The notes below the pieces were generated by a model, which was not told where the DNA came from, ran no database searches, and saw only the letters and a list, made by a program, of their open reading frames with translations. A stretch of DNA of 64,000 bases from Dimorphilus gyrociliatus (lineage: Eukaryota; Animalia; Annelida): assembly GCA_904063045.1 (NCBI GenBank), contig CAJFCJ010000002.1, forward strand, positions 2,413,891 through 2,477,890. Reading direction: 5' to 3'. A program made the translations under genes and the position numbers. The first letter of the stretch is position 1, and the number at the start of each line of letters is the position of its first letter. This document shows, in pieces, positions 22,937 through 32,398 of this stretch.

Positions 22937-24320
22937 TCATCGACGTCGAGTTCCACCGAAACCTTAAATGATTAAGAAACAAAACTAACCCTTTATGACT
23001 TATGACGTAAATTTAAACTCACCAGAAGCTGTTCTCGTTCCCGAACTACTTGGAGCTGATGGAGTTGCTGGAGAAAAAGTTTACTTTAAAAGTACAGTTT
23101 AACAAGTTTAATTGAATAACATACGTCTTGAACTCCAGCCGCTGCTTCCGCCAGTGGAACCCCAACCACTGCTTCCACCAGTAAAACCCCAGCCACCCCA
23201 TCCCCTATTTCTTGTTCCATAATAAGGTTGATTATAATATCTAGTATTTGTTCCACTACCAAACAAATAGCCTAATAACCCTCCAGTGGCCGCTCCTGTC
23301 CAAAATCCTCCACCTCCAGTTCCAGTTCCAGCTCCGGTTCCTGAAGAATATCCAGAGTTAGTGTGGCATCCTTGCGAGTTATCTGTAACATCAGTTTAAT
23401 AATATAAAATTTTCTGTTTTAGACTCTCAAAAGTTTATGAACCTGGGTAGCCTCCGGTATACTCTGGACGGAAACCGTATGGAGGAGGAGCATCTTCCGC
23501 TTGATGATTAGTTGATAAACACGTTTTGTATATAACATAAATAACAAAAGCAATTATTCCTAAAGTGACAATATGCCCCAGCATAGATCCTTCACTGCAA
23601 AATTATTGAATTAACTTAATATTATTAAACTATAAAACTTGGTTTCTCCTTACCTGTGATGATGTTGACTATAACCAGACTGTTTATGATAATGAGGTTT
23701 ATTATATCCATAGTTGTGTTGATGGTTTTTCTTTTCATGGCCCTCTTTTGTATAGTCCAAAGTATACTCTAACTGTTTGAAAGAAAAAATAGCTTAAATT
23801 CTATTTGTCATGATAATAGTTTGTTTACTTTTGTAGATATTGGAAAGCTTGTGTAAAACAGAACCTACTAATAGATAACACACGAAATAGAATAATAACT
23901 TACTCCACATGAGCCTTTTAAAACGTAAGGATCATCTGGATAGTCGTAGCCCTCGCAGGATACTTCAATCTTTCCAAAACGATATTCATTATCCATATCA
24001 GTTTTACATTCCCATTGAACGTCATAGCCATCGCTTCCCCTATTATAGCATTGAACAGTCTGAGGTATAAATGAGCTGCAACCTGAAGTTCCACCGACAC
24101 ATTTGAGATGAGGTACTGGCGAAGATCTTCTGGCATTTGTCATTCTTCCAGAATGTAAGGTTATCACTTTCAAGTCGGTAAGTAGAATTTTATCCTTACT
24201 TTTCCAAGCTAATGATAATACAATTATATAGTGAAAATAATATTTCTCTCATTAAACTTTCTCTCTACCTGTTGTTAAATGTATCAAGATGAATACGATC
24301 GGTAACACAAGCGACTTCAT
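22937..24320 (-). CDS. SARAF: Store-operated calcium entry-associated regulatory factor (TMEM66)
   Basis: Seven exons: 24320-24269, 24208-23904, 23772-23654, 23594-23443, 23382-23125, 23067-23023, 22962-22937. Luminal motifs LKCVGG, VQCYNRGSDGYDVQWECK, FGKIEVSCEGYDYPDDPYVLKGSCG|LEYTL; then TM, PPPYG, GGFWTGAATGGLLGYLFG and the C-terminus TRTASGFGGTRRR*. Confidence 0.96.
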
Positions 24321-24784
24321 TTTTTATTAAGAAGCTTTTCAAGTTTAATTTAAAAAGAAAAATTCGAATGATGAGAGATTTTCTGGCTGTTTCTGTAGTT
24401 TAGATTTAATGACACGTCAGGGTTCTCTCTATTTATAAAGCTCCTGAGAGTCGATAAAAGAAACGAATTTCTCAACCAAATGACTCACTCAAATGTTTAC
24501 TACGCATAAGAAAATAACGCAGAGAAAAAGTATTTTTTTCTAGGAAAAGGTAACTTTAAGAAAATTTTCTGTGATACCTAAAATAATAAAAATATATTTT
24601 AAAGTATATTATATGAGTTTTAGATCAGTTAGAGTTAATAAAAAAAGGCGTAATTTTACAGAAACGGAAGAATGACGAGGATTAAAATGGTTTGTGGGAT
24701 TGGAGATCTTTGCAAAATTTAACTGATTTACTCCTCCAAGGTCAAGGACAAGGTGAAAAGAACAGGGCTAAAAATTAAAAAAAT
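24321..24784. promoter_or_regulatory. Putative bidirectional promoter between SARAF and NDUFA11
   Basis: The two start codons are head-to-head and 464 bp apart. Confidence 0.55.
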
Positions 24785-25483
24785 ATGAAATTCTTTAATC
24801 CTAAGGCAATTTATGACTCTCCTGATGGGGATAATTGCTTGGGAAAAACCTATGAATTTACCAAGCTATTTACTGTAGGAGGTAAAGTAATCATACAAAT
24901 AATAAAGACTATTTTGTATTATCCTCGATTTGCGGTTTTTAGGTCTGTGGTTGTCTTCGATGGAGATGCTAGCTTTGAAAAGGCCCACTAATGCTGCAGG
25001 TATTGCTACTAGGGCAGCAACTTTTGCTCTTCCTGCAGGTAAGCAGACAACAATTTTATTGGCTGATACAGATAGTTTAAATCTAATATTCTAGCTGGAA
25101 TTGGAGCTACATATGCTAGTGTCTCTTGTTTACTTGGATCTTTACGGAATAAGGACGATGAAATAAATCATTTAATAGCTGGTGCTCTAGCTGGATCTAT
25201 TGTTGGAATAAAGAGTTTGTAGTTTTATTTGTTTGTTTTTCTTTCTCGTTAAAGTTTTTCATATGGTTATCTATACTAAACAGGCGGAAAACCTATGGTA
25301 ATGTTGAGCGGTGCAGTCATTGGAGGTCTTGCAGGATATTTCCCTAAATACTTTATTGTAAGAGGATTCGATTTACTTAAATGGAACAAACCAATTACGA
25401 AAGAAATGGCTTTCAATTGGGATCATGATAAGAAATCCTACTTCTGTGAGAGGACGAAGGTTAAAGAACCCACAAACTATTAA
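24785..25483 (+). CDS. NDUFA11: NADH dehydrogenase (complex I) 1 alpha subcomplex subunit 11, Tim17 family, 170 aa
   Basis: Exons 24785-24881, 24943-25038, 25095-25214, 25284-25483, all phase 1. YDSPDGDNCLGK resembles the NDUFA11 N-terminal Y.D.PDG.DC..K motif. Tim17-type segment ATYASVSC...RNKDDEINHLIAGALAGSIVG. Confidence 0.88.
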
Positions 25484-25642
25484 AATTGACTGCAATCTAT
25501 TGAATGTTAAACCATACATTTTATTCAACATAAAGATATAGGGACTCTCTACCTGACTAGTTAATGGAATTCTTGAAATGTATATCTTTTAACGCACACA
25601 TACGTATATATATATATATATATAAAGATTAAATCTATTAAG

Positions 25643-26678
25643 TCACATCTTCTTTACAGCTTTCTAAAACATATGTAATTGTTCAAAGTTTTTCTCCCAT
25701 TTTTGCTTTTGATACCTAAAAATTTAGGTGGATTATAAATATTTTAATAATGAACAATTTAAGATGGTTCTTACTTGTAAAATGGAAACTATAACGCCGA
25801 AAAGTCCAATGGCCGATCCAAAAATTTCCACAATAAGAATTTTGACAAAGAGTGCTCCGTTCTGAGCATCAGCCAGTGCAGCTCCAGAGCCAACTATTCC
25901 CACACATATCCCGCAGAATAAATTTGACAATCCAACAGTTAATCCAGCTCCGAACATAGCATAGCCAGCAAAATAATTTTTTACCTTTAGCTGAGGATTA
26001 TTATTAAATAATTCTGGATTTACATTTTCTACGTTGTTACTTATAACAATTGCCATGATAATTCCGTAAATAGCAACTGCTTCGCAAAAGATAATGCTAA
26101 CTAAATTTTTCGTTTTAATTCTTGGTGCTTTCACACCACCTCCCAATATACTTGTTCCGGTTGCATAAATGCCACTGAAATTTGTAAAGTAACATAAATA
26201 AACGTCTTGAATATTTCATTTATAATTCTAACATGTGGATTAAGGTTATGCAAAATGAACTAGAGGCTTTAATATAAAAAAAGCATAGTCTTAAGATACG
26301 TTTTAAGGATAATTTGAAATTAAAGTATGCCTCATTAAGAAGCTCTCTATTTTTTTAATTTACCTTGCTGCCCCTACTACTGAGAGTGATATCGCTAAAC
26401 CAATTCCTATGCAGGCCCATAAATACGGTGATGTAGATTCAAGGAACCTATAAATTATATGATTTATAACTAGAAACATTTAACCTTAATTTTAATAATT
26501 ACCATTGTACATCAAATCGATGCCCTTGTCCGGTTAGACAGTAATATAACCCTTAAAATGAAAGTAAATGCAAAATCTGTGAAGATAATAAAGAATTCAA
26601 AAGCATCTTACCTATAATGACGAGAACACCCAATATCGTCCCATACGATGTATGATATCCAACACCATACGCTGCCAT
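25643..26678 (-). CDS. ATP6V0B: V-type proton ATPase 21 kDa proteolipid subunit c'' (Vma16/PPA1), 206 aa
   Basis: Exons 26678-26612, 26551-26503, 26447-26364, 26174-25775, 25663-25643. Motifs [40 protein letters not shown] (essential Glu) and [18 protein letters not shown]. Confidence 0.97.
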
Positions 26679-26749
26679 GAAGATGAATTTATTATTAATT
26701 AACTATTTTATTTGGATAAAACAATATTGAAGTTTATTTATGACGAATA

Positions 26750-26776
26750 TCATGTGACTATCAACTTCTCGCGAGA
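26750..26776. promoter_or_regulatory. M-box (TCATGTGA) and TCTCGCGAGA palindrome in the ATP6V0B proximal promoter
   Basis: TCATGTGA at 26750-26757 and TCTCGCGAGA at 26767-26776, 70-100 bp upstream of the ATP6V0B ATG. Confidence 0.5.
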
Positions 26777-26921
26777 TTTAGTCATATCCGGTGTATATAT
26801 TATAGAGCAGATTCTGTTTCGCGCTTTTTTTCAAAAATTTATTTTTTCTTTACAAGTTTTTTATGCCATACTGAAACTCAATTAATGAACATGTAAATAG
26901 AATTAAAAAATTTAGGATCAG

Positions 26922-28580
26922 TTAATCATAGATCGTTGGTGTCCATCCTCCTTTTGAGAATTCTATTACTTTTATACTTTCAAGCCTTGTCATACCTAGC
27001 TCCTCCATTAAAGTTTCCACAGAAGAAATAGAAGTCAATATCTTTCCATCTATCGAAAGTTCTCGAAATCTTTTTATATATTTTTCCAATTTTAAAAGAG
27101 ATAAACAAGTAGACACTTCATTAACAGTTAAACTTGAACGATCACTAGGAATGTCCCCCCAACCATTAATGTAACTGTGATGGCAGACATTGTAGTCAAG
27201 TGATTGACGTATAGATATTCTTTTATGAGGACGAGGAGGAATTGGTGGTGGAACTTCAATTGGTAAATCATTCTTGTCCACAAGATATTGTTCAACTTCC
27301 TTTCTTAGAGTAATAATAGGAGGAATTTTAATTGGTGCAAAATGTGAATTGTTGGATGCACCATTAGAAGCTATCATTGGGACTGTAGCATAATCAAAGC
27401 CTTCGAAATGAAATCGATTATAATCTTCATATACATTAGGATTCTCTTGCAACAAATGGAAATCGGTGAAACGCAATATAGCTATTGAAAAGATAAATTC
27501 AATAAAATATATTAAAAGAGTTGTTTAAATTTTTTTAAAGAATAGAATGTACCGTTATTTAATTTTACTTTTGAATAATCAATATTTATTGCCTGTTTTT
27601 GAAGAGAGTATAAAAGTAAATTTAAGTCCTCTTGTCTTTCAGTATTTATCCCAATTCCAATTGATATTTTAATCGGTAAGTAACAAGGAAGCGCAAAACA
27701 TTCCCTAGATATGCCATTTCGTGCTGAGACTAGAAAAGCCATAAGTCAATGCTTGTATTAGTTAATTTTCATATAAAAACTTACCAACGAAGCTATTAGC
27801 TATAATGTATCTTAAATCGTACGTTTGGTAAAAATTTAATCGGCTTATTTTTACTGTTGATGTTTTATTTACACCGACTTGATAGGTTAATTTTGGTTTT
27901 TCGTATTCAAACGTTGCTCTTTGTAATTGTTTGGTCTTTAAAGTTTCTAAAAGTGAACCCAATGGGACGAATTTATTGCCGTCTAAAAGAGAAACAAATT
28001 AGATAAGTAGTCTTTTATAATCTTATGCTTTTTGACAAAATTTTCTACATGGGGTAGCGGTTTTTCTGTCGCGAATCCTAAATTTATATGGTGGATCGCA
28101 TAAAATTGGTAGACTTATGGCCAAATTTATGCCAGAATCTTCGTCTCTTCCTATAAGTATAGCTCGTTGTTGAATAACTATGCCTGCCAATCGAAGTTGC
28201 TGAAATATCAAATATGTTTGATATTGAAAATATGTAAATATATGCACAAAAATAGTATTTATTACATCTTCCCTGGCATATGAATGCATAAGATCCTGAC
28301 CCAAATATCCTGTTTCAACTCTAGCTACTGAAGGTAAAGAGTGTTCGTAAGTATCTGCAAATTCTACGCAGTCTATATAGTTTGAGCTATAAACGAAGGA
28401 GAACTTCGAAATTGACTTTTCTACATCAGGTAATAAAGGTTCATAATCGTATTCTTTTTCATTGCTCCGGAGTGGCTCATAAATCCCCTCTGACTTTTTA
28501 TTGTTATGAAGCGGTTCATAGGTCCCTGTTTGTACTCCATCATTCTTAAGCGATTCATAAATCCCACTCATATTATCCAT
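26922..28580 (-). CDS. GAREM-like adaptor 1: Tyr-motif N-terminus, CABIT-like region, PPPIPPRP, C-terminal SAM domain, ~466 aa
   Basis: Exons 28580-28266, 28199-28049, 27982-27785, 27729-27553, 27481-26922, frame-consistent. SAM: W..IP.D.S.L.V.EVS.CL.LL.L.KY...F....IDG.IL...GW.P, the GAREM-type SAM ending. SH3-ligand PPPIPPRP. The CABIT assignment comes from recalled motif similarity (F...Y..SLP.VARV..G). Confidence 0.75.
28434..28565 (-). repeat. Coding ~39-nt tandem repeat encoding four YE(S/P)L motifs
   Basis: Units begin gggatttatgaatcgctt, gggacctatgaaccgctt, gggatttatgagccactc and tacgattatgaaccttta. Confidence 0.8.
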
Positions 28581-28919
28581 TTGAATATGTTTTCTTAATA
28601 TTTCATCAAAATATTTCCTCTTTTGAATCGTTCTTTACTATCGTAGGCTATTGCACGTTATGGGATTTCCCAACAAATATCTTACTTTATCACGCTCACT
28701 TTTATCATAAAAGATTAGAGCAATATGAAAAGCTTATTTCCTTTATATCGATTTGGGATCTTTTTATTGTTTTTAAGCTTTTTTAAGTATATATGCCTTT
28801 ATTTCAATTGGATTTAAGTAATGTTATAAAATATTATTACAATACAGTACAGACGATTGAGTTTTATTGTGTTAATGTCTTTTGGAATTATTATCAAATA
28901 GGAAGCAGAATGAGATCTA

Positions 28920-30789
28920 TCAGTCGAATTTTGGTGTCCACCCCTCAATAGCAAATTTATACAATTTAGCCGCTTCAAGACGTAACATACCAAACTGTTC
29001 AACAAAATCAGATGGATCTGAAGCTTGAACTAATAATTCTCCATCCATGGCCTGTTCTTCGAATTTTTTAGAATATTTACTCAAACCCATCAAGTATAAG
29101 CAGTCCAATAGTTGTCTTATAGATAGTTTGCCCCTATCTTCGGGCACTTTACTCCATGAATCTGTAGAACAGAGTTCCTCGTAATAATCAATAGATGGTT
29201 CACTGGAATTATTGGAAAGTGGTCTCTCAGGAAGAGGAATATTTTTCCCTCTCGGCCTAGGCGGAATAGGTGGAGGCTTATCTGAGCATTTTGAACTGTT
29301 GTTGCTAATATTATCTCTAAAATCTTTGGCACTGGCTCCATCGTCCGGTAAAGAGTCATAATCATCAAGATCATCTCTCTCATTTATCGTTGATACATTT
29401 TTCTCGCTTTCTGCTCCTTCCTCACCCGCTATGACATAATTGCAATTATCATCATCATCGTCGTCGTCGTCGTCATCATCGTCGTCGTCGTCGTCGTCGT
29501 CGTCGTTATTGTCAGCGTCGTCATTTCCGTCGACCTTTTGATCAACATCACTTGATTCGTCGCTGTCTCCTTTAAAGGTTATGTAGTATTCCTCATCTTC
29601 ATATTCAACACCTTCGACTTTCAAAGAATTATAATTAACATTCTCTTCATCTGCACTATAGTCCAGGAATATTAAAATATCTGAAATAGCATAAAAGAAA
29701 CTAAGTATATGTAAAACTAAATGCTTATAAATATTTCACCAACTGTTATTTAACTGAGTATCCGAGGTACCAAAATCTGCAAAGCTCTGCTCCATTTCTT
29801 GCCAGATACTTAAAGGATTGTCATTTTCATCATTTCCCAATTTTAATGCAGGTACCCATTTTAAAGGTAAATAACTTGGTAATATCTTTCTATTTTTCGA
29901 AAATTCAAGGTTTCCGTTATTTGCTAATAAATTATACTATTACTATTAAGAATATTATGTAAATAAAACGTTTACCTTCAAATTCAGTAATAACTATATA
30001 CTCAAGTGGATAAGAAGATATAAAATTTAATTCTCCAAAATGATTTTCTTCAATCTATGATGAAATTATGTGAAAGAAGGATTTTCAAAAATCTTTTGAA
30101 TGAATACCTGAATTTTTGAACAGTCTCTGCGAAATTCTAGTTTTACATCACCAATATCAGACAAATTTCTTACAAATTGTCCTATACTCATTGTATCTTT
30201 ATCCCCATCAGCAGAATATACATATAATTCATACGGATCTTGACATTCAATGGGAACGCTTATAGTCTTACGGCCAGTAAATACAGCCCTTTCCTGCCTT
30301 CTTATACTCTGAACTAGAACCGACTATTGTCATTTCAATTAAAAATTAATAAAATCGAAATATATTTTATTTATATAAATCAAACCTTCTCTTCATTCAG
30401 TAGAGCGACAATTGGTAATTTATCCTCATAATGTTCAATAAATTCGTGACATGAGAACGTGTTGTCTAAAGAAAAGCTAAAGCCTCCAATAGTTAAAATA
30501 TCGCTTGTGTCCACCTGATAAAATCCCCCGTTTTCACTGTCTCCTGAATTTAGACAAACGAAAAGGTATTTTTAGTTACAAAATATAAAAAATAAACAAA
30601 ATAAAAGAAACCTTTATTTATGTTTTCCACATTATCAACATAGAATTGCGAATTTCCTGAAATTTTTCGACTTTGGCGAGATTCTAATGTCTTTTTAGTT
30701 TTACGTCCAAATGTTATACGTTTGATAGTTGCTGCTAAATCATTTAAGGATTTAGTTAATTCTCGTAATCTCTTTCTTGATTTACCCAT
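28920..30789 (-). CDS. GAREM-like adaptor 2 (tandem paralog): basic N-terminus, CABIT-like region, acidic tract, PPPIPPRP, SAM, ~523 aa
   Basis: Exons 30789-30612, 30543-30386, 30323-30108, 30054-29976, 29923-29744, 29680-28920, frame-consistent. Aligns by eye with paralog 1 (FSCHEFIEHYEDKLPIVA vs IDCVEFADTYEHSLPSVA; ILPSYLPLK vs ALPCYLPIK; GWTPKFD vs GWTPTIYD). The start codon is less certain. Confidence 0.75.
29448..29504 (-). repeat. Coding (GAC/GAT)19 trinucleotide repeat, poly-Asp
   Basis: 19 consecutive Asp codons counted directly. Confidence 0.95.
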
Positions 30790-31597
30790 ATCTTTTCTTG
30801 AATATTGTTTTTATCATTTGGTGAGAATTTACCTTAAACAGCAGTACTATATAACAATTAGCAAGAAAATAAAATCGATAGAAGGCAGTAATACTATTCA
30901 AGGTGATTTTTTAAGACTTAGTCATGAGCCTTAACAAAGGGATGTCTTGTTATTTCTTTCCGGCCTGATAGGTTATGTATCAAGACCTGACTATTCAAAA
31001 GCATTTATAATTGTTGAACACCTTTTTCCTATAAATATACTATTAAATAGTATGGATATTTCCCTTTAAACACCCTCTCATTATCCGTCTATCTATCTTA
31101 ATCACAATAAAACGAAAATTTCAAATCAATACTGTTCCAGCTATTACGTAATTTCATTGTGACTGAACTTTTGGCTTTAATCTTAAACACCAACGAATTT
31201 TACGATTTATATTTACATTTAAAGTATTAAAAAATTATCAATATCCAATTTAAAAAGAGGTCAAAGGGTGTTATTGAATCTATTTTGTGTATGTTTTACC
31301 AAAAATTGTTTAAGTAGTAAATATAATTGTATTAAATTTCTCGTCTAACGTAAGATTTTAGTCATTTTCTCTCGAAATATTGAATATTCTTAACATTGGT
31401 AAAAACTGCTAAATGTGCTAAGCCTTTTATTTGTGTAAAGAAATATTGCACTGTTGACCTTTCAAATAACTTAAATTCCTTCCAACTTTAGTGATTAGGA
31501 TATGTTTGAGAGTCGGTTCAATTCTTGTGGAATATGTATTAGATATTTGTTTCATTCGGTAGTTTATATAACAAGTTAATAACATTGTATATCAAGA

Positions 31598-31697
31598 GAC
31601 GTGGTGGCCGAGTGGTTAAGGCGATGGACTGCTACCATATCAATCAATAGTTATCCATTGTGCTCTGCACGCGTGGGTTCGAATCCCACCCGCGTCG
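31598..31697 (+). tRNA. trnS-GCT: tRNA-Ser (anticodon GCT) with an 18-nt intron at 31635-31652
   Basis: Acceptor stem GACGTGG/CCGCGTC; A-box TGGCCGAGTGGTT; anticodon arm ATGGA-CTGCTA[intron]A-TCCAT; long variable arm; T-arm GTGGG-TTCGAAT-CCCAC; discriminator G; T8 Pol III terminator at 31701-31708. Confidence 0.95.
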
Positions 31698-32398
31698 CGA
31701 TTTTTTTTCAACCACTTTTAACTAATTACTATCGTGTTAAACCTTAATTTTTTCACCGTGTACCTTTTATTTTTTTTCTAATTATCACAATTTTTTAAAA
31801 TGGACATTTTACAACCTAATTATTAACAATTATCATATTTTTTTAAAATTTCCTATTCATTCAGTGGTGCCATCTATATCGAATATATCTTATTAGAAGT
31901 TTATAAGGATTTTCAACATAAATAGTTAAAGCGATATTTTAGTTTTTCAAATGCTTTTATTTAAAAAAAAATCATGGATTTATGGTACAAAATTATTATT
32001 TCTTTTTTTTTACTATAACAAACAACAATTTCGCTTTGTCTATAAATAAATAGTTAAAATAATTGAAAACTAAATCAATAAGCCATTTTGTAACTATAGC
32101 ATTTTTTTTTCATAGTTTACAGTTAATATTTTATATTTATATGGTGAGATTTTTACATTTTTATATAGAATATATATAGATATATAATATATATGTACAT
32201 TTGTTCTATTAAAATACACATGTATATTTGGTTTTGATGCATAGTATTGCTTACAAACAACATAGTTTAGTTAGAGTATATGTTTTTCATTGAATAAAAC
32301 AAAAAGGTAAACGTTCAAGAGACTTTCTCCACCGATAATAATAAACAGTTGTATGCAGTCTTTCAAATTTACAATTTCATTTATTAATCTTTATGTTA

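Noticed and set aside
26172-26366. GAAW to GAAS substitution at the ATP6V0B exon 3/4 junction
   Set aside because: From memory this position varies among invertebrate orthologs. The essential Glu is intact.
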